Below are positions 18,373 through 27,083 of a stretch of 45,330 nt of DNA, piece after piece. Where the stretch lies: positions 1 to 45,330 of the forward strand of contig JAWOBU010000160.1 of assembly GCA_046484135.1 (NCBI GenBank). The letters are read 5' to 3'. A model generated the notes under the pieces. The model ran no database searches, was not told the origin of the DNA, and saw nothing but the letters and a program-made list of their open reading frames with translations. Source of the DNA: a bacterium. Its GTDB lineage: Bacteria; RBG-13-61-14; DATKZS01. Numbering within the stretch: the first letter of the stretch is position 1; each line of letters begins with the position of its first letter. The position numbers and the translations under genes were made by a program.

Positions 18373-18825
18373 TCAATCTCCGGAAGCCCGCTCTTTTACG
18401 TCAAGCTGAGTGGGAATGCCGTGGCAGGTTACGGTGCAGACCGTCTCTCCGCCCTGGTTCCTGGCGGTGGTGACATAGGTGATGCGGTTGTTTTCCCGGT
18501 CAACATGGGTGACCTCTGCGGTAAAGGTGATGGTCTCGCCCGTGTACACCGGCTTTAGAAACTGCATGTCCGCCTGGAGCGCCAGTATGGCCGGGCCGGG
18601 AAAGAAGTCTCCGCCGAAATGGGTAAACGCGGCTGCCACCAGCAAGCCGTGGACAATGGGTCTTTTAAAGCGGGAGCGGGAGGCAAAGCCGTGATGACAG
18701 TGATAGGGATTATGGTCCCAGGTCAGGTCAGCGAACTGTTGTGCTTCCTCCTCGGTGAAAACCCGGGTGAAGATCGCCTTTTGGCCCACCTCGATCTCGT
18801 CTATGTGTCTTCCGATCAGAACCAT
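18373..18825 (-). CDS. MaoC/PhaJ-like hot-dog fold (R)-specific enoyl-CoA hydratase
   Basis: DHNPYH hydratase-2 motif, IVHGLL, FPGP, FLKPVYTG. Confidence 0.85.
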   Translation of the reverse strand: MVLIGRHIDEIEVGQKAIFTRVFTEEEAQQFADLTWDHNPYHCHHGFASRSRFKRPIVHGLLVAAAFTHFGGDFFPGPAILALQADMQFLKPVYTGETITFTAEVTHVDRENNRITYVTTARNQGGETVCTVTCHGIPTQLDVKERASGD

Positions 18826-18899
18826 AAAGAAACCTTGACATCATATCATACAACAGGCTTCCCTTATTTTACAGGGCCTGCCTGCCTTATGTCCGGGTT

Positions 18900-19715
18900 T
18901 TACCGGCTGGTGGCGGAGACGGGATTACGCTCCAGGAAGGATATGAGCCGTGAAGAGACCTCTTCCGGCTTTTCGGTTACGCAGGAGTGCCCGCACCTTT
19001 CAATCACGTAAAACTCGGAGCCGGGCATCATGCGGTGCATGCTTCGCATGTGGTCAAGAGACGGCTCGTCCTGGTCCCCCACTATTAGGAGTACCGGCTT
19101 TTTTATTCTTTCGAGCTCGCCCGTCCAGTCTTCCTGTCGGCTCAGCATATGGACGAACTTTTCCAGGGTATGCGGGTCGTTCTTCAAGAAAGCCTGTTTT
19201 CTTTTTTCCAGGGTTTCCATACTGACCTCGAGGTCCGGCCCCACCGGCAGGGCGGGATGTTCGAGCAGGTGTTCGAAAAGTGCCTCGATCCCTTTTTCTT
19301 TTCCCAGTCGAGCGTGTCGGAAAAGCCTTTTTTGCAGGTTTTGCGATACTCTTCCGGCAAAGGTGTCCATGAGCGACAAGGTCGCCGTCCTCTGCTCATG
19401 GTCCAGGCAGAAGCGCTGTGCGATCATTCCTCCCAGGGAGACGCCGGCGAGATGGGCGATTTTTATGTCGAGCCTGTCCAGGAGTGCTTCCAGGTCGCGG
19501 GAGAGGGTTTGCATGTCATGGCCGTGGACTGGATGGTCGGTGTCGCCGTGTCCGCGCAGGTCATAGGCCAGCACTTGATAACGCTTCCGCAGCGCCTCTA
19601 CCTGGTGCTCCCACATTCCAAGCTCCGCGGTAAAGCCGTGGATAAGAACCACCACCTCGCCGCTTCCTTCCAGGCGGTAATTCACGTTTATTCCGTTTGC
19701 GGAAAGTCGGGGCAC
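18900..19715 (-). CDS. Alpha/beta fold hydrolase (PcaD-like)
   Basis: LIHG, YDLRGHG, nucleophile GVSLGG, GDQD, CGH triad; GTG start. Confidence 0.88.
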   Translation of the reverse strand: MPRLSANGINVNYRLEGSGEVVVLIHGFTAELGMWEHQVEALRKRYQVLAYDLRGHGDTDHPVHGHDMQTLSRDLEALLDRLDIKIAHLAGVSLGGMIAQRFCLDHEQRTATLSLMDTFAGRVSQNLQKRLFRHARLGKEKGIEALFEHLLEHPALPVGPDLEVSMETLEKRKQAFLKNDPHTLEKFVHMLSRQEDWTGELERIKKPVLLIVGDQDEPSLDHMRSMHRMMPGSEFYVIERCGHSCVTEKPEEVSSRLISFLERNPVSATSR

Positions 19716-19738
19716 TGGTCGGTCCTGCCGGGGGAGCT

Positions 19739-20557
19739 TTATTGCAGGCCTGGTTTGCGGACTTGCCGGACGCCTGTTGCAAGCGAGCCCGCGAACTCGC
19801 GGACCTCGTCAACCAGGCGGGGGGAGTCGCCGTGTTTTCCGATCACGCTTACAATGGCGCTTCCCACCACCACTGCGTCGGCGTGCTCGGCCACCCGTGC
19901 GGCCTGTTCGGGCGTGGATATGCCGAACCCCACTGCCACCGGCAGGTCGGAGAGCTTCTTGATGCGTTTGACGTCAGCGGCGATGGTGGTTGACACCTCG
20001 GTCCTCGCGCCGGTCACGCCGGTTACGCAAACGTAATATATGAACCCGCCGGCCACGCGGCAGATTTCCTCCAGCCGGTCATCCGGGGTAGTGGGAGCAA
20101 CCAGGTAGATGACCTCCATGCCCGCGGCACGGGCCAGGGAGCGCATATTACTGCCCTCCTCGGGCGGAAGGTCCACCAAAAGAAAACCGTCCACCCCGGC
20201 TTCCTGGGCCTCGCTCGAAAGCCGCTCCTCCCCGTAGGAAAAGACCGGGTTGTAATAGCCGAACAGGACCACGGGAGTGTCCCTGCCTTCCCGGAACCGG
20301 GCCACCACCTCGAGGACCTCGGCAATCCCGAAGTCGTTTTTAAGGGCCCGCTCCGATGCCGCCTGGATGGTGGGCCCGTCCGCCATGGGGTCGGAAAAGG
20401 GCACGCCCAGCTCGATAAGGTCGGCGCCGGCATCAGAAAGGCAAAAAAGCAACTGCAAGGTAGTGGAAAGGTCCGGATCGCCCGCGGTAATAAAAGGAAT
20501 GAACGCAGTCCTCCCTTCACTCCTCGTCCTTATGAAGGTTTTTTCGATTCTTTTCAT
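19739..20557 (-). CDS. trpA: Tryptophan synthase alpha subunit
   Basis: FITAGDP, LIELGVPFSDPMADGPTIQ, YYNP, VDLPPEE, TGVTG, VGFGIS, VGSA. Confidence 0.97.
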   Translation of the reverse strand: MKRIEKTFIRTRSEGRTAFIPFITAGDPDLSTTLQLLFCLSDAGADLIELGVPFSDPMADGPTIQAASERALKNDFGIAEVLEVVARFREGRDTPVVLFGYYNPVFSYGEERLSSEAQEAGVDGFLLVDLPPEEGSNMRSLARAAGMEVIYLVAPTTPDDRLEEICRVAGGFIYYVCVTGVTGARTEVSTTIAADVKRIKKLSDLPVAVGFGISTPEQAARVAEHADAVVVGSAIVSVIGKHGDSPRLVDEVREFAGSLATGVRQVRKPGLQ

Positions 20558-20596
20558 GTTAAATGGAAGTTACCGTGCATTAAAAAGTAATGTAGA

Positions 20597-20638
20597 ATGT
20601 GCGCGCTACTTTAGTCGCGAGAGAACTCGCTCGCACAT
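20597..20638. repeat. REP-like palindrome doublet (degenerate full copy plus inverted partial copy)
   Basis: GTGCGCGCTACTTTAGTCGCGA at 20599-20620 and inverted TCGCTCGCAC at 20627-20636; outer arms ATGTGCG/CGCACAT. Confidence 0.6.
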
Positions 20639-20676
20639 CTCATAATAACATTTATCGGGTTTTCTTTGGCAGCGCG

Positions 20677-21360
20677 CTACCCGGCTTTAACGATAAACTC
20701 GGACAAGGTTGACTTCTGCTCGGGGGTGAGCTCCGTGAACTTGACTCCCAAGAGATATTTTCCGCTGTTCTGGTCCACGTCGTTTCTTACCACCTTTCCC
20801 TTGAAGCTCATGGTTCCCTGTTCCGGCATAAGGGGAAGCTGTAAAGAGACCTCGGTGCCTTCGGCCAGGTCGTTCTCGCACTCGACCAGGACCCCTCCCC
20901 GGGAAAGGTTGCGGGAGAGGCCGGTAAAGGAGTTGCCGGAGGCTTCCCCCAACACCTGCATGTTGACCTCGACACGGTAGTGGACCCGTTCGGGGACCTC
21001 CAGGATGGACGCCGCCTTGCTGAGTATCTCCTTGGCGTTAATGGGCTTGGTTACGTAGTCGGTGGCTCCCGCTTCAAAGCATTTGTCTATGTCCGTCGAG
21101 TCCGCCGAGGTTGACACGATCATGATAGGGATGTCCCTGGTGGACTCGCTTGTCTTCAACTGCTTGCATACCTCGTCTCCCATCATGTCGGGCATGATGT
21201 AGTCCAGGAGGATGAGGTCCGGCTGGTTGTCGCGTGCGGAGGAGATGGCCTGCTGTCCCGACTCCGCGGTGATGATCTCGCAACCGGTGCGCTTGAAAAA
21301 CGTCTCCTCCAGCCGAAGGAAAAGCTTGACATCGTCAACCAGTAACACCTTCTTTCTCAT
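20677..21360 (-). CDS. Response regulator with REC and PilZ domains
   Basis: VLLVDD, LILLDYIMP, TKP in REC; RVHYR (RxxxR) and NLSRGG ((D/N)xSxxG) in PilZ. ATG 21360 follows GAGG; alternative start 21396. Confidence 0.88.
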   Translation of the reverse strand: MRKKVLLVDDVKLFLRLEETFFKRTGCEIITAESGQQAISSARDNQPDLILLDYIMPDMMGDEVCKQLKTSESTRDIPIMIVSTSADSTDIDKCFEAGATDYVTKPINAKEILSKAASILEVPERVHYRVEVNMQVLGEASGNSFTGLSRNLSRGGVLVECENDLAEGTEVSLQLPLMPEQGTMSFKGKVVRNDVDQNSGKYLLGVKFTELTPEQKSTLSEFIVKAG

Positions 21361-21522
21361 GGCCTCACCCGCCTCGCTTTTGTCCCAGAAACTCATTCGG
21401 ATCGCGCCTGCCTTTGTCCGGCTGCCCTGCCGCCGGAGATTTTTTCTATAGCATATTCCATTAAGGCCGCTGACACAAGACTTGAATTGTCAAAAATCAT
21501 CTCCGTCCATGGGCCGGTTCTT

Positions 21523-22206
21523 TTACTCGACCAGGTCTCTATCTCCGATCTTCTTTATAACTCGGGCCGGCCTTCCCGCGGCAAAGGAACGAGGAGGGAT
21601 GTCCTCGGCGACCAGCGATCCGGTACCTATGACGCAGTGGTCGCCTATGGTAACGCCCTTGAGCACGGTTATATAAGAAGGCATCCACACGTGGGAGCCG
21701 ATGAAGACCGGCTCTGGTTCCGGCTCCGGCGAGTCGTTGTCCATGCGGTGAAGCGGCGAATCCAGCACCATGCATCCCCATCCTATCAGGGTGTGGTCTC
21801 CCACCACAATCTCGCGGGAGGCCCCGAAGATGCCGCCGGAGAACCAGCACCTTTCTCCCGTCGCGATCCGGGCCCCGCGCTTGCAAGAGAACACGGTATG
21901 ACCGTCATGGGTTTGTATCCAGGAGCCTTTGCCAAGGGACACCCGGCTGCCTTGTTCCAGCCGGAAGGACACCTTGTGGATGCCCCGCTCGATTATTACC
22001 TCCTCGCCGAACTCGACCACGCCCAGGCCGCGGTGGTGGAGAGTCCGGTGGTCCGCCTGGCACCCTTTGCCGAAGCTGATCCGGTGCCGGTAGCGAAAGC
22101 GCATCCAGCTTTGGCCGGCCAGGTTCTCGAGCTGATGAAGCCTTAGAAAAACCTGCTCCCGCCGCGTAAAACGGTCCGACCCGAATTTTCCGTGTTCGCC
22201 CTTCAT
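21523..22206 (-). CDS. Hexapeptide-repeat (left-handed beta-helix) acyltransferase
   Basis: IVVGDHTLIG, PVFIGSHVW, ITVLKGVTIGDHCVIGTGSLV..DIP..AAGRPARVIK. Start uncertain (22206 or 22272). Confidence 0.82.
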   Translation of the reverse strand: MKGEHGKFGSDRFTRREQVFLRLHQLENLAGQSWMRFRYRHRISFGKGCQADHRTLHHRGLGVVEFGEEVIIERGIHKVSFRLEQGSRVSLGKGSWIQTHDGHTVFSCKRGARIATGERCWFSGGIFGASREIVVGDHTLIGWGCMVLDSPLHRMDNDSPEPEPEPVFIGSHVWMPSYITVLKGVTIGDHCVIGTGSLVAEDIPPRSFAAGRPARVIKKIGDRDLVE

Positions 22207-22228
22207 GTCCGGTTCCACCAGTGCGCAA

Positions 22229-23497
22229 CTAAACTTTCTTTCTCGAGGTTTCAGTAAGGCCGGCCACTGCATCCTCCAGTGTTTGTGCGCCGGTTACCTT
22301 CATCTGTACGTCGGCGCTGTTCATCACGTAGGAAGGACCTTTATGGCTCATGTCCTCACTGGTGAGCACTATGTCAATCTTGTGGGACAAAAGCCATTCC
22401 GCCACCTTGATGCCTTTGCCGGTCTGGACCTCGGTATGGGGGTTCTCTACGATCTCCTGCCTGTCCATTTTAGAATCCGAACTCCTGATCCGGACGATAG
22501 CGAAGTAGGGGGCTTCTCCGAAGTGGCCGCTGACGGTTCCGGCGGTGTCGGAAAGCGGCACCGCAACTTTCATGTACTCCTTGAGGCGGGGCTCGTAATG
22601 GACGACCACCCCGGCTATGTGCTCTATTTCTTCCCTGATCATGCTTTCGATGTTCTGGCTTATGTGATGAGCTTTTTCAAGATCGGCAGTCCGCAGGGAC
22701 ACCTCGATTTCGAGGAACCGGAACCTGCCGGCGTTCCTTCCGGCCAGGCTGCGAATCTCGTCAACCGCTGGTTCCGACTCGACGATCTTTCTTACCTGCT
22801 CCAGGGTTTCCGGCTCGACCGACGCGTCGAGCAGGACCCGCATGCCGCTTGCGAGCAGCTCCCAGCCGGCCCGGCCGATAAAGATAAGGACCAGCGCCGC
22901 GCCGATCTGGTCCACGCTAAGACCGTAAAAATCGAGCTCCACCTGAAAGTAGCTCAGGGTTGCCGAACCGAGCACCACCAGGGATGAAAGCACGTCCACC
23001 TGGCGATGCCGTCCTTCAGCCTTCATGGTGGGCGAGCCCGTCTTTCTGCCCACCCGCAGAGCATATTGTCCGAAAACAAAGATGACCAGCACCGTGAAGA
23101 AAAGCCACCCGATCACCGCAAAGGATATGTCCGGCGGCCCGGATTTTGCCGTAAAAGCCTGCCGGGCGATCTCGTAGCCGGCAAAGAAGATGAAAAAGGC
23201 GATGAGTACGGAGATCAGGTTCTCGATCTTGTAGAGGCCGTAAGGGAAGGCCCTTGTCTTGCGGGTGGACAGCCGGAGGCCTCCGTAGACCGCTGCCGAG
23301 GCGACCGAGTCGGTGGCCGAGTCAATGGCGCCCGCGGTTATGGCCAGACTGCCGGTGATAGCTGCGAGCGCCGCCTTGATGCCTGCGAGAACGAGGTTTA
23401 CCAGAAACGCCAAGAGGGCCACCCTTTTGACCTGGCGGCTTTCCGGGTCGGCTTCGCTTTTCACGGCGCCCTGGTCTTTAACTTCTTTTTCGTTCAT
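22229..23497 (-). CDS. Cation diffusion facilitator fused to a C-terminal NifB/NifX (MTH1175-like) domain
   Basis: TM2 DSATD, FPYGLYKIE, TM5 HRQVD, dimerization domain ending VVVHYEP, then KVAVP...SGHFGEAPYF...ENP..GKG. Confidence 0.9.
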   Translation of the reverse strand: MNEKEVKDQGAVKSEADPESRQVKRVALLAFLVNLVLAGIKAALAAITGSLAITAGAIDSATDSVASAAVYGGLRLSTRKTRAFPYGLYKIENLISVLIAFFIFFAGYEIARQAFTAKSGPPDISFAVIGWLFFTVLVIFVFGQYALRVGRKTGSPTMKAEGRHRQVDVLSSLVVLGSATLSYFQVELDFYGLSVDQIGAALVLIFIGRAGWELLASGMRVLLDASVEPETLEQVRKIVESEPAVDEIRSLAGRNAGRFRFLEIEVSLRTADLEKAHHISQNIESMIREEIEHIAGVVVHYEPRLKEYMKVAVPLSDTAGTVSGHFGEAPYFAIVRIRSSDSKMDRQEIVENPHTEVQTGKGIKVAEWLLSHKIDIVLTSEDMSHKGPSYVMNSADVQMKVTGAQTLEDAVAGLTETSRKKV

Positions 23498-23510
23498 CTT
23501 AAACCCGGCA

Positions 23511-24239
23511 TCATATCGCGCGGAGCAGGACCACGAACAACACTCCGGCCATCAGGGAAAAGATGGTGCTGTGGGAGCCGGCTTCCTGGCAGGCAGACGG
23601 TATGAGCTCGTCCGCGGCAATATAGATCATGAGTCCCGCGGTGGCTCCGGTAATGACTCCCAGCACCATGGGGTCTATGTCCATGAGCAGGAACCTGGCT
23701 ACCAGGAAGCCGACCAGGAGGGGGACCGCGGTGGAAGACGAGTACAAGAAGGCCTGGAGCCTCTTGCCGGTGATGTTGAAGTAGGGCGAAGAGGTGCAGA
23801 TGCCTTCGGGGATGTTGTGGATGGCTATGGCCAGCGCTATGGTTATGCTGACCTTTATGTCGGCCATGCCGCCGATGGCGATGGCCATGCCTTCGGGAAA
23901 GTTGTGCAGGAAGATGCCCATGATGAGGTAGATCGAGGTCCGTTTAAGCCGGGTTCCCTGCTCGGGTACGCAAAACTCGGGATGAATGTGGGGAATGGTC
24001 TTGTCCAGGGTGTACATTAGGGCCGTGCCCAGCAGGATGCCCAGCGCGCACATCCATACCGACGATATCCGGAGGCTTTCCGGGATCAGGTCCAGAAACG
24101 ATATGGACAGCATGACGCCGGCGGCGAAACAAAGCATGTTGCAGATATAAGAAGTCGAGGTCCGCTTCATGACGCCGATCGCAGACCCCAGAACCGGCCC
24201 GAGTACGGAAATGATGACTATAAGGTAAATGGTCTCCAT
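23511..24239 (-). CDS. ZIP family metal transporter (ZupT/GufA-like)
   Basis: FAAGVML, IPHIH, LHNFPEG, IHNIPEG, AGLMIYIAADELIP. Confidence 0.9.
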   Translation of the reverse strand: METIYLIVIISVLGPVLGSAIGVMKRTSTSYICNMLCFAAGVMLSISFLDLIPESLRISSVWMCALGILLGTALMYTLDKTIPHIHPEFCVPEQGTRLKRTSIYLIMGIFLHNFPEGMAIAIGGMADIKVSITIALAIAIHNIPEGICTSSPYFNITGKRLQAFLYSSSTAVPLLVGFLVARFLLMDIDPMVLGVITGATAGLMIYIAADELIPSACQEAGSHSTIFSLMAGVLFVVLLRAI

Positions 24240-24332
24240 GAACGGCCGCCTGTAAACATGATAAAGAGCCGGGTTGAACCGGCTTCCTAATAAGTTAACA
24301 CACTACGGGAAGGCGCAAAAACCTTTTTGGCT

Positions 24333-24908
24333 TTACTTTACCAGGTCCTGCTTGTCCTGCAGGCGAAGGGCCGCTTCCGTGGATTGCTCGAAAACGCGCA
24401 AAGCGCTTAAAAGCTGGGACCCGCTTATCCCCTCCGAGTACTTGATCCAGTAGTCGAACCTTAAGTCCCCTTCTTCGTCCAGGGAGGCCCGGGTAAGCAT
24501 GATCTGCGAGTTGATCCGGTTTACGAGATCGAGCTTTTGTCTCTTAAAAGCAAGCTTTTCGAACTCGTACCACATGACAAAGCTTAAAACCTCTTTCTCC
24601 GGCGTCCAGTTTACTCCTATGACTCGATCAGACTTCGGGTGTTCAAGCTTTAACCCGCCTTCCACCTCGCGGACCTCCCAGCGGTCCTTTTCAAACACAG
24701 GCTTCAACACCGACGGCTTCACCCGCTCCGACGGTAAAAAGTCGGGGGGCTGTTTCGCACGCGCTTCCTGCCGCACCGCGCCGGAATTCTCTCCTTCAGT
24801 AGACGGCGTAGCGCTTTCCTCCTCTTTTTCCGCATCCTCGCCGAAAACAGCCAAGGACAGAAATATCAGACATGCGGCAAAAGCGAGTGGCCTTATCTTC
24901 TTTCCCAT
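24333..24908 (-). CDS. YbjN domain-containing exported protein
   Basis: Signal peptide MGKKIRPLAFAACLIFLSLAVFG, acidic linker, then LDLVNRINSQIMLTRASLDEEGDLRFDY...GIS..L YbjN pattern. Confidence 0.7.
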   Translation of the reverse strand: MGKKIRPLAFAACLIFLSLAVFGEDAEKEEESATPSTEGENSGAVRQEARAKQPPDFLPSERVKPSVLKPVFEKDRWEVREVEGGLKLEHPKSDRVIGVNWTPEKEVLSFVMWYEFEKLAFKRQKLDLVNRINSQIMLTRASLDEEGDLRFDYWIKYSEGISGSQLLSALRVFEQSTEAALRLQDKQDLVK

Positions 24909-24947
24909 CGTGTTCCTCCCGTTGTAAAAGGATTCCTCTAATCATGT

Positions 24948-26117
24948 TCAGTTCTGTTCGTTTTCTCCCAGAAGCCTCTCGTATAACCGTTCGTAGCGCC
25001 GGGCCATTCGGTCCAGGCTGAAGAGCTCCGCTCTTTTACGGCCATGCTCCCGCATGGACCCGGCCCGGCCGGTGTCCTGCAAAAGCGAAAGCACGGCCTC
25101 TGCCAGGGCACCCGGCTTACCGGGTTCGACCATGGTCCCGGCATCCTCTGCACCGCTTTCGGCGCCGAGGATTTCCGGCACTCCTCCGGTGCGGGCCGAC
25201 ACCACCGGCACTCCCGCGGCCATGGCCTCCAGCAGGGCGTTGGGCATGCCCTCCCACCTGGAAGGAAGCACGAAAACATCGAGCAGAGAATAAAAGTCGG
25301 CCATTCTCTGCCATCGGCCCAGAAAGCGGACGCTCCCTTCCGGCAGGCTACGGGCCTGTCTTTCAAGTGCCGTTCTTTCCGGGCCGTCGCCCGCCACCAG
25401 GAGCACGGCGGCAGGGCTGGATTCCCGGATGGTCTTCATTGCTTCCACGAGCACGTCCAGCCCTTTCTGTTTATGAAGTCTTCCCGCCGCGCCTATCACG
25501 CGCGCTTTGTCCGGCAGTCCCAGCTCTTGCCTTAAGCCCTCGCCAAAGCCGCGTGCGAACCTGTCCACGTCCACCCCGTTCTCGATGACCTCGATCCGCT
25601 CGGCAGGGAACGCAAGCTTTTTGCAGTAATGGTCGGCCACTGCCTGCGCCACCGCGGCGTAACGGCTCACCAGAAAGCCGGTGGCCCGGTCCAGAGGATA
25701 TTGGATCATCCGCTCCTCTTCCAGCACCCGGAGGCTCGAGATATTGACGGGCACTCCCGCAAGCCGGGCGGCCATCCTGCCGGCCAGGTTGGCTTGGAAC
25801 AGCCAGCAGTGAAGCACGTCCGGCCGGTCGTGCCGAAGGTCTCTACAAAGCCGGGCCAGGGCGGGGATAAAGCGGAAGGCGTAAGACGCGCCGATGTTTG
25901 CCGGAAGACCGAGAGAGCGTACCGGTATTCCGGCTTCGGAAAGTTTTGCCGCGGTTTCGCCCGGTTTCTTCATTACGATGATGCGGCATTGGAAGCGGTC
26001 CTTGTCAAGCCTGGTTGCGAGCTCGAAAAGCATGTTTTCTGCTCCGCCGACGCCGGAGTCGGTAATAAGGTGGCACACCTTGACGGGCCGTTCTCTCCTG
26101 GTCTCCTGGCCGCTCAT
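24948..26117 (-). CDS. Glycosyltransferase family 4
   Basis: GGAE, ENGVD, GRLHKQKG, GDGPE, PSRWEGMPNALLEAMA (EX7E). Start ATG 26117 overlaps the upstream TGA (ATGA). Confidence 0.92.
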   Translation of the reverse strand: MSGQETRRERPVKVCHLITDSGVGGAENMLFELATRLDKDRFQCRIIVMKKPGETAAKLSEAGIPVRSLGLPANIGASYAFRFIPALARLCRDLRHDRPDVLHCWLFQANLAGRMAARLAGVPVNISSLRVLEEERMIQYPLDRATGFLVSRYAAVAQAVADHYCKKLAFPAERIEVIENGVDVDRFARGFGEGLRQELGLPDKARVIGAAGRLHKQKGLDVLVEAMKTIRESSPAAVLLVAGDGPERTALERQARSLPEGSVRFLGRWQRMADFYSLLDVFVLPSRWEGMPNALLEAMAAGVPVVSARTGGVPEILGAESGAEDAGTMVEPGKPGALAEAVLSLLQDTGRAGSMREHGRKRAELFSLDRMARRYERLYERLLGENEQN

Positions 26118-27046
26118 GCTTTCCTTTCCCTTTGCCGCTTCCAGGTAAGGGCCTTTTTTACAAGCCCGGGCCCTGCCAGGCTTGCCGGGAACAATGCCCA
26201 CGCGGAGGGCAGGAAGAAATGGTGGCGCAGAGCAGAGAGGAGCTCTTTGCGCGCGCCCCTGGTGTCCAGGCCGGCCAGAAGGCGCACCGCGCTTTCCAGG
26301 TAGCAGTTGGCCAGGGCTTTTCTGCGTACAGTGTCGGGCACGTCTCTCAGTTTCAAGGCGCGGGAGATCACGTAGAGGTTATCGTCGCGAATGGACGTAC
26401 CCTGGTTTTGGACCGATGGTTTCTGCTGCCGCCTGTACTCCACGGTGATGCGTGGGGAATGGACCACCGGGAATCGGGCGGCAACGCGGAGCCACAGGTC
26501 CCAGTCCTGTGCTCTTTTCAGTCCGGGCATAAAGGTGCCGGTCTCTTCGAGCACCTCGCGTCTTACCGCTGCCGCGCTCGTGATAACGTGGTTGGCTATG
26601 AGAAGGGAAAAGAAGGTGTCCCTCCCGCTGGAGGGAGCGGGCTTCTTTTTGATGCGGTTTCCTTCGCTGTCTATAACCAGCGCATCGGTACAAACAAGGC
26701 CGGCTTCGGGCTCTTGCCGGGCGGCTTGTTCGATGGCGTTGATATGACCGGGCAGCCATCGGTCATCCGCGTCCAGGAAGGCTATCCATTTGCCGCGGGC
26801 CTCCTCGATCGCCCGGTTGCGGGCCACGGACACGCCCTGCTTTTCCTGGGTTATGACGCGGACGGGAAAGGAGTACGCGGACAGTATCTCCGGCGTGCGA
26901 TCGGTAGAACCGTCATCAACCACCACGATTTCCAGGTCGTCCCGAGCTTGGGCCAGCGCACTCTCGACAGCCTCGGCTATCCACATTTCCTCGTTATGCA
27001 CGGGCACCACTGCGCTGGCGAAAATATTTTCCTTCTCTCGCTTCAT
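26114..27046 (-). CDS. Glycosyltransferase family 2
   Basis: VVPVHN, VVDDGSTD, GVSVARN, FLDADD (DxD), QDWDLWLR. Confidence 0.92.
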   Translation of the reverse strand: MKREKENIFASAVVPVHNEEMWIAEAVESALAQARDDLEIVVVDDGSTDRTPEILSAYSFPVRVITQEKQGVSVARNRAIEEARGKWIAFLDADDRWLPGHINAIEQAARQEPEAGLVCTDALVIDSEGNRIKKKPAPSSGRDTFFSLLIANHVITSAAAVRREVLEETGTFMPGLKRAQDWDLWLRVAARFPVVHSPRITVEYRRQQKPSVQNQGTSIRDDNLYVISRALKLRDVPDTVRRKALANCYLESAVRLLAGLDTRGARKELLSALRHHFFLPSAWALFPASLAGPGLVKKALTWKRQRERKA

Positions 27047-27083
27047 GGCAAAAGTGTCATCCTCTTTCGGTTATGTGTAAAAC

